From positions 13,279 to 77,278 of the forward strand of contig CASIAI010000001.1 of assembly GCA_949372655.1 (NCBI GenBank): a DNA stretch of 64,000 nucleotides, written 5' to 3'. The position numbers and the translations under genes are program-made. Shown in pieces: positions 45,807 through 56,224 of this stretch. Within the stretch, counting starts at the first letter, position 1; every line of letters starts with the position of its first letter. This DNA comes from Candidatus Poseidoniaceae archaeon (lineage in GTDB: Archaea; Thermoplasmatota; Poseidoniia; Poseidoniales; Poseidoniaceae). The notes under the pieces were generated by a model that had not been told where the DNA came from, ran no database searches, and saw only the letters and a list, made by a program, of their open reading frames with translations.

Positions 45807-47237
45807 ATGCAAACAAAAAAATGTCAAGTTTTGGTAATAGGCGCTGGTCCTGGAGGATATGTATCTGCGATTCGTGCAGGGCAATTGGGTCTATCTACAA
45901 TTATAGTTGAAGGAGAAAAAGCTGGTGGTACATGTCTGATTAGAGGATGTATTCCTTCCAAAGCATTAATCCATGCTGCACATAGATTTCACGACCTTGC
46001 AAAGCACTCTAAAGACGCAGGACATATGGGGATTTCAATTCCTGGACCTGCAGAATTAAATATGGCAAATATGATTTCTTGGAAAGAAGGAATTGTCAAT
46101 AGATTGAATAGTGGTGTTGAGCACTTGCTAAAGGCTGCAGGAGCAGAACTAATACATGGTTGGGCTGAATTCCAAGATGCTAAAACAGTTAAAATTGGTA
46201 AAGGGAAAGATGCAATAATAGTTCAAGCTGAAAATGTAATCCTAGCCAATGGCTCAGTTCCAATTGAGCTACCATTCATGCCTTTTACTGAGAATGTAAT
46301 ATCTTCAAGAGAAGCATTGAACTTAGAAGTCCTTCCAGACCATGTAGTTGTAGTTGGTGGAGGATATATTGGATTAGAATTAGGAATCACCTACCGCATG
46401 TTAGGTTCCGAAGTAACTATCGTAGAAGCGATGGACTCAATATTGCCGATTTTTGATAAAGAACTTAGAAGGCCTCTCGAATTATTCATTAAAAAGAATA
46501 AGATCAAAGTAAATACTGGAGTTTTTGCTAAAGGTGTAGAAGAGATGAAAGATGGCAAGGTTAAGTTATTCTTTGTCGATAAAAATGCTAAGGAAGATGC
46601 CAAGTTCGAAGAAATAATTGCTGATAAAGTACTGGTTACGGTTGGAAGAAAGCCTAACAGTCAATCACTAGAACCAACTGGGGTTGCACTTGATGAAAGA
46701 GGGTTTGTCAAGGTTAATGAGCGCTGTGAAACAAATATGAAGGGTGTTTATGCAATTGGTGATGTCTGTGATTCTGGAGAAATGCTTGCACATGTTGCAT
46801 CATTCCAAGGTGAAATGGTTGCTGAAATAATCTCTGGAAAGAAAAGAGTATACGATCCAGTTGCGGTTCCTGCAATCGTTTTCACTGAACCTGAAATTGT
46901 CAGTGTTGGTCTTTCCCCTGAACAAGCAAGAGAAGCCGGTCATCCAGTAATAATTGGTAAATTTCCACTCGGCGCTAATGGACGTGCTTTAACACAAGAG
47001 GCTGAAAAATCTGCTGGATTTGTCAGAGTATGTGCTAGAGAAGATGACCATCGAATTCTTGGGATCCAAGCTGTTGGCACTCACATAAGTGAACTGGTTG
47101 GTGAATGGACTTTAGCCTTAGAAATGGGAGCATTACTAGAGGATATCGCAGGAACAATTCATGCCCATCCAACTATGACTGAAATGACTCATGAAGCAGT
47201 TCTAGCAACCTTGGGTCATGCTATCCACTCATCGTGA
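45807..47237 (+). CDS. lpdA: Dihydrolipoamide dehydrogenase E3
   Basis: Starts at ATG 45807 (MQTKKCQVLVIGAGPGGY); the ORF-track start at 45717 overlaps E2. GGTCLIRGCIPSK is the redox-active disulfide. HAHPTMTE lies near the C-terminus. Confidence 0.9.
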   Translation: MQTKKCQVLVIGAGPGGYVSAIRAGQLGLSTIIVEGEKAGGTCLIRGCIPSKALIHAAHRFHDLAKHSKDAGHMGISIPGPAELNMANMISWKEGIVNRLNSGVEHLLKAAGAELIHGWAEFQDAKTVKIGKGKDAIIVQAENVILANGSVPIELPFMPFTENVISSREALNLEVLPDHVVVVGGGYIGLELGITYRMLGSEVTIVEAMDSILPIFDKELRRPLELFIKKNKIKVNTGVFAKGVEEMKDGKVKLFFVDKNAKEDAKFEEIIADKVLVTVGRKPNSQSLEPTGVALDERGFVKVNERCETNMKGVYAIGDVCDSGEMLAHVASFQGEMVAEIISGKKRVYDPVAVPAIVFTEPEIVSVGLSPEQAREAGHPVIIGKFPLGANGRALTQEAEKSAGFVRVCAREDDHRILGIQAVGTHISELVGEWTLALEMGALLEDIAGTIHAHPTMTEMTHEAVLATLGHAIHSS

Positions 47238-47285
47238 AATAAAAAACGGCGATAACTATAAGAAAAAGGATTCTCTAACGGGTTC

Positions 47286-48062
47286 ATGGATTATGACTCG
47301 ATGACTCTATTAGACCTAAAGAAGATCTGTAAATCAAGAGGCCTGAAGATTTCTGGCAAAAAGGATGAAGTTATTATCCGCTTGATGGAAAGTGATGAAC
47401 AAAGTGAGCAGTCTGTTTGGCAAACTCAGCAACCCGTTCCAACTAATGCTGGAGGCTATATGCCACTACAGGTCAATCCACAAACATATTCCAATGTACA
47501 ACGTGTTTATCTCAACAATAACAATAGTACTGTGAACGCAATTGGATGGGTTGTAATAATCTATGGTGCATTTAGGATGTTTATGGCATTCGCTTTCTCA
47601 TTGATCGGAATTGGACAATTGGGCGCTGTTGTAGCACCAATCGCATTTATCTTGGCATTTGCATTTATCTTTGGTGGTATTTTAATGACAAATGAGTATT
47701 TGAATGGAGTATATTTCTCATTAGGTACCTTCTTAGTTTCGGGATTATTGAGTATTATATTCTCTGGAGGAGAATGGAATCCATTATCAGTATCTCTTGC
47801 AGAAGATGGTTCGATGGTTTTATTCTCTCTTATGTGTACAACATTCGGAATGGGTTTGGTTGCATTACCCCTCCTAATGTCATTTGATGACTTGAAACAA
47901 GGATGGCCTCCTGCTATTGAACGTATTTTTGGTGCTAGAAGAGGTAATGAATCGGATAAAAAGAAAATCATATGCTCATCATGTGATAAATCATTACAGA
48001 TTCCAACTGATTACTCCGGCAATATTAGTTGCCCGCACTGTGATTCAAAAATGACAGTTTGA
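47286..48062 (+). CDS. Membrane protein: N-terminal SAP/HeH-like motif, 4 TM helices, C-terminal zinc ribbon
   Basis: LLDLKKICKSRGLKISGKKDEVIIRLME fits the SAP consensus. Four hydrophobic helices follow, then CSSCDKSLQIP...CPHCDSKM. Confidence 0.6.
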   Translation: MDYDSMTLLDLKKICKSRGLKISGKKDEVIIRLMESDEQSEQSVWQTQQPVPTNAGGYMPLQVNPQTYSNVQRVYLNNNNSTVNAIGWVVIIYGAFRMFMAFAFSLIGIGQLGAVVAPIAFILAFAFIFGGILMTNEYLNGVYFSLGTFLVSGLLSIIFSGGEWNPLSVSLAEDGSMVLFSLMCTTFGMGLVALPLLMSFDDLKQGWPPAIERIFGARRGNESDKKKIICSSCDKSLQIPTDYSGNISCPHCDSKMTV

Positions 48063-48133
48063 TTAAGTCTAAACTATAACATACAACAATAACAAGTTGC
48101 AGATATATCACATAACAAGATTAGTTATTCTAA

Positions 48134-50539
48134 TCATGAACCGCAACTTAGACAGTCATCTGGAGTATCAAGGCTACAAGCAATTGCTTCTAAACTGGTT
48201 ACTTCTGCTCTATCAGCTAGGCCAGAAACTGTTTGGTCTTCAGCCTTCTTTGCTTCAACTGTGAATTGAATAGCATCCACTGCAGCCTTTGTCCTAAGAT
48301 AGTACATTCCAGTTTTCAGACCTTTCTTCCATCCATAGAAATGCATAGAAGTGACCTTAGCCGCATTTGCATCCATCATATGAATATTCATCGATTGACT
48401 TTGGTCAATGTAAGCTCCTCTATCAGCAGCCATATCAATGACGTGCTTTTGCTTAATTTCCCAAGTAGTCTTATACAATTCTTTGATATTATGGGGGATT
48501 CCTTCGATATCCTGAATTGAACCCTTATGACGAAGAATTTCGTCTTTCATTTCTAAACTCCAAATTCCAAGTTTAATCAAATCCTTGATTAGATGTCTAT
48601 TCGGTACGATGAATTCACCAGATAAAGTTCTACGCACATATAGATTAGAAGTAAATGCTTCAAAACATTCATTATTTCCTAATATCTGTGATGTAGAAGC
48701 AGTTGGCATGGGTGCTAGTAATAGTGAATTTCTCATTCCGTTATCGATGATTTCAGATTTTAGTGAATCCCAATCCCATCTTCCGCTGTGCTCATTCATA
48801 TCCCACAAGTCAAACTGTAGAAGACCTTCGCTTGCTGGAGAACCTTCGAAAGTAGAATATGCGCCTTCTGCAATTGCTGCATCTTTTGATGCTGTACATG
48901 AAGCGAAGTAAAGTGTTTCAAAGATCTCTTTGTTTAGCACCTTGGCTTCTGGGCTTTCAAAAGAAAGTCCAAGCATTGCAAATGTATCTGCCAGCCCTTG
49001 TACTCCAAGACCAATAGGACGATGACGCATATTGGAATTTCTAGCTTCCTCAACTGGATAATAATTGACATCGATGACTCTGTTTAGATTTCCTGTAGCA
49101 TGATATGTTACATCGTATAAGAGTTGATGGTCAAACATACCCTTTTCTTCATCAACAAACTTAGGAAGAGCGATTGATGCAAGATTACAGACCGCAACTT
49201 CATCCTTAGCAGTATATTCCATGATCTCTGTACAAAGATTAGAAGAACGAATAGTACCCAAGTTCTTTTGATTAGATTTTGTATTTGCTGCATCTTTGTA
49301 AAGCATGTATGGAGTTCCAGTTTCAATTTGGGATTCTACCACTTTATCCCAAACTGTTCTAGCAGGAATTGTTTCTCTTGCTAGTCCTTGAGCTTCATAT
49401 GATTCATACAGTTTTTTGAATTCTTCACCATAGGCATCTTGAAGACCAGGGCACTCATTAGGACAGAAAAATGACCAATCAGCATTCTGTTCAACTCTTT
49501 CCATGAATAAGTCTGGAGTCCAAAGAGCGTAGAATAAATCTCTCGCTCTAAGTTCTTCCTTACCGTGATTCTTTCTTAGGTCTAAGAATGCAAGAATATC
49601 TGGATGCCATGGTTCCAAGTAAATTGCGATTGAACCTTTTCTCTTGCCACCGCCTTGGTCAACATACCTTGCTGTGTCGTTGAATACACGTAGCATTGGA
49701 ACAATACCATTGCTTTCTCCATTTGTACCTTTGATGTAAGAACCCTTGGACCTAACATGGTGAATAGATAATCCAATTCCACCAGCAGACTTGGAAATTA
49801 GAGCACATTGCTTCAATGTATCATAAATACCCACTAGAGAATCATCTTGCATGGTCAGAAGGAAACATGAAGACATCTGTGGTGTCGGTGTTCCAGAGTT
49901 GAACAAAGTAGGAGTTGCATGAGTGAAATATCCTTGGCTCATCAAATCATAAGTATGTAATGCCTTTTCGATATTACCGTGATGGATTCCAACAGATACA
50001 CGCATTAGCATGTGTTGAGGTCGCTCTGCTACTTCGCCATTTAACTTTAGTAAATATGACCGTTCTAGAGTCTTAAATCCAAAGTAATCATAATTATAAT
50101 CGCGAGTATAATCGATGTGGCTATTTAGCACATCTGCATTATTCATTATTACTTCAAATACCTCTTCTGAAATCAACGGAGCGTGTTTCTTTGATTCCGG
50201 GTCAATGAATTCCCTTAGGTCACGGACAACATCTGTGAATAATTCTTTTGTGGAACGATGTAAGTCATCTACACAAATTCTTGCCGCTAATCTACTATAA
50301 TCCGGGTGGTGAGATGCAAGTGAAGCGGCTGTTTCTGCTGCCAACTGATCTAACTCACGGGTTGAAACTCCATCATATAATCCTTCAATTGTTAATTTAG
50401 TCAGGTGAGCTGGGTCTATCCAATTAGGGTCTAACCCTTCTGTAAGACTTGACAATTTCTCTAGAATAGCATCGAATCTAACGTCTTCTTTTTCTCCTTT
50501 CCGATTTACTACTTGCATTGTCATTTTTGTCATCTCCAT
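48134..50539 (-). CDS. nrdA: Ribonucleotide reductase class Ia large subunit (eukaryote-like R1) with ATP-cone
   Basis: ATP-cone [20 protein letters not shown]. Also [24 protein letters not shown] and the C-terminal redox tail CLSCGS. The start is uncertain: ATGs at 50539, 50524 and 50518, and the ORF-track TTG at 50587. Confidence 0.9.
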   Translation of the reverse strand: MEMTKMTMQVVNRKGEKEDVRFDAILEKLSSLTEGLDPNWIDPAHLTKLTIEGLYDGVSTRELDQLAAETAASLASHHPDYSRLAARICVDDLHRSTKELFTDVVRDLREFIDPESKKHAPLISEEVFEVIMNNADVLNSHIDYTRDYNYDYFGFKTLERSYLLKLNGEVAERPQHMLMRVSVGIHHGNIEKALHTYDLMSQGYFTHATPTLFNSGTPTPQMSSCFLLTMQDDSLVGIYDTLKQCALISKSAGGIGLSIHHVRSKGSYIKGTNGESNGIVPMLRVFNDTARYVDQGGGKRKGSIAIYLEPWHPDILAFLDLRKNHGKEELRARDLFYALWTPDLFMERVEQNADWSFFCPNECPGLQDAYGEEFKKLYESYEAQGLARETIPARTVWDKVVESQIETGTPYMLYKDAANTKSNQKNLGTIRSSNLCTEIMEYTAKDEVAVCNLASIALPKFVDEEKGMFDHQLLYDVTYHATGNLNRVIDVNYYPVEEARNSNMRHRPIGLGVQGLADTFAMLGLSFESPEAKVLNKEIFETLYFASCTASKDAAIAEGAYSTFEGSPASEGLLQFDLWDMNEHSGRWDWDSLKSEIIDNGMRNSLLLAPMPTASTSQILGNNECFEAFTSNLYVRRTLSGEFIVPNRHLIKDLIKLGIWSLEMKDEILRHKGSIQDIEGIPHNIKELYKTTWEIKQKHVIDMAADRGAYIDQSQSMNIHMMDANAAKVTSMHFYGWKKGLKTGMYYLRTKAAVDAIQFTVEAKKAEDQTVSGLADRAEVTSLEAIACSLDTPDDCLSCGS

Positions 50540-50583
50540 TGTGTTGTTAAATTGCGCAGTATTTCCATTCCATCGCGTACGGT

Positions 50584-51624
50584 TCAAAAGTCTTCGTCTA
50601 CAGAGAAGCGTTGTTGGACACTTCCTAGAGTTGCTCCATCCTTAACACCAGACTTTTGGTATTCGCCAACTCTCTTCTCAAAGAAATTAGTTTTTCCTTG
50701 CATTGAAATCATTTCCATCCATGGGAATGGATTGGTTACATCGTATAATTTTGAAGCACCCAGTGAGATCAACAAGCGGTCTGCTACAAACTCGATATAT
50801 TGTCTCATCAAGCCTGCATTCATTCCTATTAACTCGACAGGTAGTGCACTGGTGACAAACTCTGTTTCTATTTCAACAGCCTCCGAAATAATTCTATGAA
50901 TGATATTTTCTCCAGCCCCACGGTTTAATTGATTGTGTAGTAAACAAGCAAAGTCACAGTGAAGCCCTTCATCTCTTGAGATTAATTCATTTGAAAATGT
51001 TAGGCCTGGCATCAATCCTCTTTTCTTCAACCAAAAGATTGCACAGAATGAACCTGAGAAGAATATTCCTTCGACTGCTGCAAATGCTACAAGTCTTTGA
51101 GCGAATGTGCCTTTCTTCCTAGAGAGCCACTTTAGTGCCCAAGTACCTTTCTTCTTAACAGAAGGTACTGTTTCCAGCGCATTGAACAAATGGTCTTTTT
51201 CTGCTGGGTCGGTAATGTATGTATCAATTAGTAAAGAATATGTTTCAGCATGAATATTCTCCATCATTATTTGGAATCCATAGAAACAACGCGCTTCAGC
51301 CCATTGCACTTCATCGGCGAAATTCGTCACCAAATTTTCATTGACAATTCCGTCGCTTGCCGCAAAGAATGCTAAGACGTGTTTTAGGAAATGCCTCTCG
51401 TTATCATTAAGCTTTTTCCAATCTTTAGCATCTTCTGCTAAATCGATTTCTTCCGCAGTCCAAAATGCTGCTGCATGGAGTTTGTACATTTCCCAAATCT
51501 CATTGTGCTCGATAGGGAATAGAACGAAGCGATTCATGTTCTCTTGGAGCATAGGTTCAATATGCTCCATCGATAGGTCTATCTCATTATCATCCGGCCC
51601 TTTTAAACTATGTTCTATTACCAT
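50584..51624 (-). CDS. nrdB: Ribonucleotide reductase class Ia small subunit (eukaryote-like R2)
   Basis: [52 protein letters not shown] and the C-terminal ...FSVDEDF. I place the start at ATG 51624 (MVIEHS) because GTGAGGTGA sits 5 nt upstream; the ORF track extends to 51771. Confidence 0.9.
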   Translation of the reverse strand: MVIEHSLKGPDDNEIDLSMEHIEPMLQENMNRFVLFPIEHNEIWEMYKLHAAAFWTAEEIDLAEDAKDWKKLNDNERHFLKHVLAFFAASDGIVNENLVTNFADEVQWAEARCFYGFQIMMENIHAETYSLLIDTYITDPAEKDHLFNALETVPSVKKKGTWALKWLSRKKGTFAQRLVAFAAVEGIFFSGSFCAIFWLKKRGLMPGLTFSNELISRDEGLHCDFACLLHNQLNRGAGENIIHRIISEAVEIETEFVTSALPVELIGMNAGLMRQYIEFVADRLLISLGASKLYDVTNPFPWMEMISMQGKTNFFEKRVGEYQKSGVKDGATLGSVQQRFSVDEDF

Positions 51625-51895
51625 ATCTGTCACCTCACTTCTCCAATTGCGCCGGAGTTTCTTCTCGTTCGATAGGGTGTATAATGATACCCCCCTTAGT
51701 TCCTTAGGAAGAGCAGGTTTTCGGACATTTATCAAGGATTGGAAACTGGGGCAATGCAAGCCGAAAACCACCTATTATAACAGGTATCATTACCACATCG
51801 AATAAGAATTCAAGCGCCTTTGTTTCCACTGCATGCAAGTAAGTAAATTCATACTTTAGATAATAGTCAATAACCTTACTCAATTACCAATATCA

Positions 51896-52345
51896 ATGGG
51901 AGCACAACTAACGATAGAATTTGCCAAACTTTCACAAGACGCCAAACTCCCCACTCAAGGCTCACCACAAGCCGCAGGGTGGGACCTATATGCACTTGAA
52001 GAAATAATAGTTGAAAGAAGAAAGAGTTCGATGATAAAAACTGGTCTTGCCGTAGCTATCCCTGAAGGATGGGAAGGGCAGATAAGGTGCCGCTCTTCAC
52101 TTGGGAAAAAAGGTATGATAATGCCAAACGGTATTGGAACAATCGATTCTGATTATCGTGGCGAACTTATGGTACTAGCGACATGGATTGGAGAAGGAGA
52201 TTCTTTTACTGTAAGTAAAGGTGAGAGAGTTGCTCAACTATTATTTGCTCCAGTACCTAAAGTGACAATAGTAGAAACAGAATATGAGAATCTTGGCGAT
52301 ACAGAGAGAGGAAAAGGCGGTTTTGGATCTTCTGGCCAATATTGA
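51896..52345 (+). CDS. dut: dUTP diphosphatase (trimeric dUTPase)
   Basis: AAGWDLYA, GIGTIDSDYRGEL and the C-terminal RGKGGFGSSG. Confidence 0.85.
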   Translation: MGAQLTIEFAKLSQDAKLPTQGSPQAAGWDLYALEEIIVERRKSSMIKTGLAVAIPEGWEGQIRCRSSLGKKGMIMPNGIGTIDSDYRGELMVLATWIGEGDSFTVSKGERVAQLLFAPVPKVTIVETEYENLGDTERGKGGFGSSGQY

Positions 52346-52403
52346 TTTCTTACAAGAGTATTAAATACAAACTATAACAAATATACTAACAAGGGGAAGT
52401 GGG

Positions 52404-53687
52404 ATGAAAATACAGTCGGTTAATGGGCAGGTTCTTATCTTATTTTTCACCATATTTGTGATTTTTGTTTTTTGGTCAGGAGGTTCAAAAAAGCAACATA
52501 GAACCACAACTACTACCGTGGTACATCAGAGGTATTATTCAAACCCCCCTCGAGACCCTCTCAATAAACCTCCCGGATTCCTATCGATGTTTATTGTTGG
52601 TGCTGCTATTTTCACACTATGTACAACTAGTTTAATCGCTTTGTCCGAGTGGAATAATTCTGTTGAAAATATTAATTATGATTGCCATAAATGTACTAAA
52701 TGGGAAGAATTTTTCACTGCCGATGCCGATATGGGTTTTGAAGTAGGGGGCGAATTGCCTATGACTCTCTCACCAAATGGGCCATACTATTGGATTGGGT
52801 TTTTGTTTGGTTCTTGTTTAATGGTAATCGGATTGTATAGTGGAGAAAGTCGGAGACATAGTCACAAAAAGAATTTGAAAGAAGCAGAAAAAAGATTACG
52901 TCCCATGCTAAGGAGATTAGCAATGGACCCTAACGGAGTAATTGAAGGTAGAATTAGACTGCCTGATGCAATACCAATTTCCAAGCCCACCAAATCTAAT
53001 GAAAGGATAATCATACTATTGTATGCGATTTCTTCGCTAATGTTAATTCTGACATTCCTGAGTATTGGGAGTTACTTCAATGAGTTATCAATAGATTCTC
53101 GTGGCAATAAGATGACATCTAAACATGATGCTCAAGCATTTCTAATAATTTCTTTACTACTCTTACATTCAATTGGTTGCCAAAAGGTTGTCAGATATCT
53201 CTTCGCCGAATATGAAGGTGAAGATGATTCTATTATACCTCCTAATGTAAGAAGGCAATCAAATAAAATAGAAGAAGTCAGAACTCGAGAATTATCTTCT
53301 GAACCTGCAACAGCAAATGATGTTCTAGAAGCATTATCAAAAGAAATGGAAGCGGCTAAAGCAGAGGCTGCATTCCTTAGACATGAATTGAACGAGACCA
53401 AAAATAAAGTTAAAGGTCTAGAGACCGAACTCGATGAGAAAACAATCGAATTAGAAAGTATTCAAGAGATTACCAAGAGTATGGAGCAAATTGTTGAGCA
53501 AAACATAGAGGCTGGAGATAAATCATTATCACTAAATGATTCTGTGATGGTTGGCGATAACTTGTTCAATGGTGATAAAATTGACAAGCAGATAATAAAT
53601 GACCCAGAGGCTATTGCGCGGGCTGCGATTGAAGCATATCGCGAAGGGCAAAGGGATAGAAGTAAGATAGATCTTGACTTTGACTAA
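52404..53687 (+). CDS. Hypothetical membrane protein with C-terminal coiled-coil region
   Basis: Several TM helices, then a heptad-like stretch LEALSKEMEAAKAEAAFLRHELNETKNKVKGLETELDEKTIELESIQE. No family recognised. Confidence 0.45.
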   Translation: MKIQSVNGQVLILFFTIFVIFVFWSGGSKKQHRTTTTTVVHQRYYSNPPRDPLNKPPGFLSMFIVGAAIFTLCTTSLIALSEWNNSVENINYDCHKCTKWEEFFTADADMGFEVGGELPMTLSPNGPYYWIGFLFGSCLMVIGLYSGESRRHSHKKNLKEAEKRLRPMLRRLAMDPNGVIEGRIRLPDAIPISKPTKSNERIIILLYAISSLMLILTFLSIGSYFNELSIDSRGNKMTSKHDAQAFLIISLLLLHSIGCQKVVRYLFAEYEGEDDSIIPPNVRRQSNKIEEVRTRELSSEPATANDVLEALSKEMEAAKAEAAFLRHELNETKNKVKGLETELDEKTIELESIQEITKSMEQIVEQNIEAGDKSLSLNDSVMVGDNLFNGDKIDKQIINDPEAIARAAIEAYREGQRDRSKIDLDFD

Positions 53688-53717
53688 CTGAAGTTTCATG
53701 TTTGGTTGCCTTCTGGC

Positions 53718-54386
53718 ATGTTTATGTCGGAGATTCGTAAAGTCCATATTATGAACCTTGGATTAACTCCTTACGAGGAATCGCTCAATTTGATGAAAAG
53801 TCTGCAAAAGAAAAGAATTGATGATGAAATCATTGATACACTGATCTTTTTACAGCATCCTGAGGTTGTGACAGTTGGTCCACGAGCAAGAAATGATGGG
53901 ATTACACCTCCTTCAGATTATCACTCAGTTCCTGTCGATAGGGGCGGTGGATTAACTTGGCACGGACCAGGACAATTAGTAGCATATCCTGTATTCAAAT
54001 GGGATATGGAAGGTGAAAACTCTGTAGCACAAATAATTTCAAAACTAGAAGGGTGGATAATCGCTGCATTATCTCTTTGTAAAATCGATTCTTCTATCGA
54101 TAAAAGAATGCAAGGAGTATGGGTTGATGGGAAGAAGATATCGAGCATTGGTTTATCATTCCTGAGGTGGACTTCAAGGCATGGATTAACAATAAATTAT
54201 GACACTCCTCAATCAAGAGTTGAACTATTATCTGGTTGTGGACTTGAGGCTCAAACCACTACATCTCTAAAACGATTAGGATATGATATATCTTTTGAAG
54301 TGTTGATGGAAAATCTAATTTCTAGTATGAATCAACATTTAAATCGTGAATTCGACTTACCAATAATTGATGACCCTTCTCAATAA
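53718..54386 (+). CDS. lipB: Octanoyltransferase (lipoate-protein ligase B)
   Basis: HIMNLGLTPYEESL, LQHPEVVTVG, RGGGLTWHGPGQLVAYPV and KKISSIGLSF..RHGLTINY. The first ATG is at 53718; the ORF-track TTG is at 53706. Confidence 0.8.
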   Translation: MFMSEIRKVHIMNLGLTPYEESLNLMKSLQKKRIDDEIIDTLIFLQHPEVVTVGPRARNDGITPPSDYHSVPVDRGGGLTWHGPGQLVAYPVFKWDMEGENSVAQIISKLEGWIIAALSLCKIDSSIDKRMQGVWVDGKKISSIGLSFLRWTSRHGLTINYDTPQSRVELLSGCGLEAQTTTSLKRLGYDISFEVLMENLISSMNQHLNREFDLPIIDDPSQ

Positions 54387-54389
54387 CCA

Positions 54390-55568
54390 GTGTACATGTC
54401 CGAGGACTATTGGCCGAGTTACGGGTCTCAAAGCGGGGATTCAAAGATTCCCACAATTGGTTACTTAGATTGGTATGTACCTCGTTTAGAAGAAAATAGG
54501 CCGTATAATTTGTCATTCAGCGGGATGCAATATGAGTGGGACGTCAAAGAGATTATGGATGAGTCGATATATGAAATCGCCAATCACCACTTAGGTTCGC
54601 TAAGTGATCCAAGGATCCATGTAGCTAAAAGAGAAAATGTAGATGTGGAAAATATTGTTATTTGTCATGGAGCAACTCAAGCATTACATCTTTCCATTTG
54701 TGCAGCGATGGCCATTAGTAGAAAAGAAACAAAAAATATTGCAGTAGAATCACCTTGCTACGCACCAATTGTTCAAGTACCTCAACTCTTCAACTACCCT
54801 GTAAGTAAAGTAACAAGATTCCAAAAAGAGCAATTCGGACCTTGGAGAATCGACAAAAAAGAATGGTTACCAGTTATCGAAGATTCAGCCATATTAATGA
54901 TTACACCTATACTAAATCCATCCGGATGGGACTATCATCCTGAAGATAGGGATTGGATAGTAAAAGTTTGTAAGGAAAATAATGTCATCATCATAGCTGA
55001 TGAAGTATACTTAGATACTAAAAGAGAACATGAGACATATGCTCCATTCCATAGTTTGGGAGAGCATTGTATTTCGATAAACTCGCTTACTAAAGTTTAC
55101 TCTTTGGGTACACTTAGATTCGGGTGGCTGATATCCTCAAAGGAGATTATCGAACAGGCGAGAAGGGCATTTTTTACCCTTTCAGGAATGATGGGTAGCC
55201 CTACCCTTAGAATTGCAGATTCGATATTCCCTAAACTAGATTCAGCAATAATTAAGATGAAACATTATAGAGAAAAAAACCTCCCTCTGCTAGGTCGAAT
55301 GTTGGAAAAAATGGGTATTGCTTGGAATGAACCCCCATACGGAGTGTTTGGAGCATTTGAATTACCTCTAGGAATTGATTCCATAGATTTCGTAGATAAT
55401 GAGTGTAAGCAATTTGGAGTTCTTGCCGTACCAGGTTCTATGTTTAGTCCTAAATTAAAAAGTTGGCTAAGAGTGGCTTGGTCTATAGAGCCTAAAATAT
55501 TTGCAGAATCTTTAATTTACCTTGAACAAGCACTTGTTTTAGCGATTAACAAAAAAACAAGTCAATAA
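54390..55568 (+). CDS. Class I/II PLP-dependent aminotransferase
   Basis: IIADEVYLD and SLTKVYSLGTLRFGW carry the PLP-Lys context. GTG start; ATG 54396 is an alternative. Confidence 0.65.
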   Translation: MYMSEDYWPSYGSQSGDSKIPTIGYLDWYVPRLEENRPYNLSFSGMQYEWDVKEIMDESIYEIANHHLGSLSDPRIHVAKRENVDVENIVICHGATQALHLSICAAMAISRKETKNIAVESPCYAPIVQVPQLFNYPVSKVTRFQKEQFGPWRIDKKEWLPVIEDSAILMITPILNPSGWDYHPEDRDWIVKVCKENNVIIIADEVYLDTKREHETYAPFHSLGEHCISINSLTKVYSLGTLRFGWLISSKEIIEQARRAFFTLSGMMGSPTLRIADSIFPKLDSAIIKMKHYREKNLPLLGRMLEKMGIAWNEPPYGVFGAFELPLGIDSIDFVDNECKQFGVLAVPGSMFSPKLKSWLRVAWSIEPKIFAESLIYLEQALVLAINKKTSQ

Positions 55569-55592
55569 AAGGAAGTTCCTCGAGCACCTAAC

Positions 55593-56165
55593 ATGGGCGA
55601 AGTTGTTGTTGCTATTACTGGGGCATCCGGTGCGATATATGGAAAGCGTCTCCTTGAAGTCCTAAATGAGATGAGTATAGCAACTAGATTGGTTGTAACT
55701 AAATCCGGAGAAATTACTCTAAAACACGAATGTCAAATGACTAAAGAAGAACTGGTTGAACTTACAAATTCTACATTGGAGGATGAATCTAATGTCGGTG
55801 GTAAGTCTGCATCCGGCTCTTCAAAAATCGATGCTGTAGTGATATGCCCTTGTTCAGGAACTACTATCGGAAAACTCGCTGCTGGAATCAGTGATAACTT
55901 AGTAACAAGGTCTGCAGTCGTGGCAATGAAAGAGAGAAGGAAACTAATTATTGTCCCTAGGGAAGCCCCCTATGCCACAATCCACCTTGAAAACATGGCT
56001 AAACTTTCATCGATGGATACAATCATCATACCTGCATCTCCAGGATTCTATAACCATCCAAAATCTATCGATGATTTGGTCGACTTCATAATTGCTAGAA
56101 TCTTAGACCACATTGGATATGACCACCAAATCGGAAAGCGTTGGACTGGTGAAGAGATAAACTGA
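55593..56165 (+). CDS. ubiX: Flavin prenyltransferase UbiX
   Basis: VVAITGASGAIYG, VICPCSGTTIGKLAAGISDNLVTRSA and LIIVPREAP. Confidence 0.85.
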   Translation: MGEVVVAITGASGAIYGKRLLEVLNEMSIATRLVVTKSGEITLKHECQMTKEELVELTNSTLEDESNVGGKSASGSSKIDAVVICPCSGTTIGKLAAGISDNLVTRSAVVAMKERRKLIIVPREAPYATIHLENMAKLSSMDTIIIPASPGFYNHPKSIDDLVDFIIARILDHIGYDHQIGKRWTGEEIN

Positions 56166-56224
56166 GCAATTAACCGCCGAGTTATTGAATGAAAACCTCC
56201 AGCATTAGTTGTTGAGGTATCGAT

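Noticed and set aside
51625-51771. 49-codon N-terminal extension of the nrdB ORF
   Set aside because: The extension is basic, has no counterpart in R2 proteins, and lacks an upstream ribosome-binding site. ATG 51624 has GTGAGGTGA 5 nt upstream.
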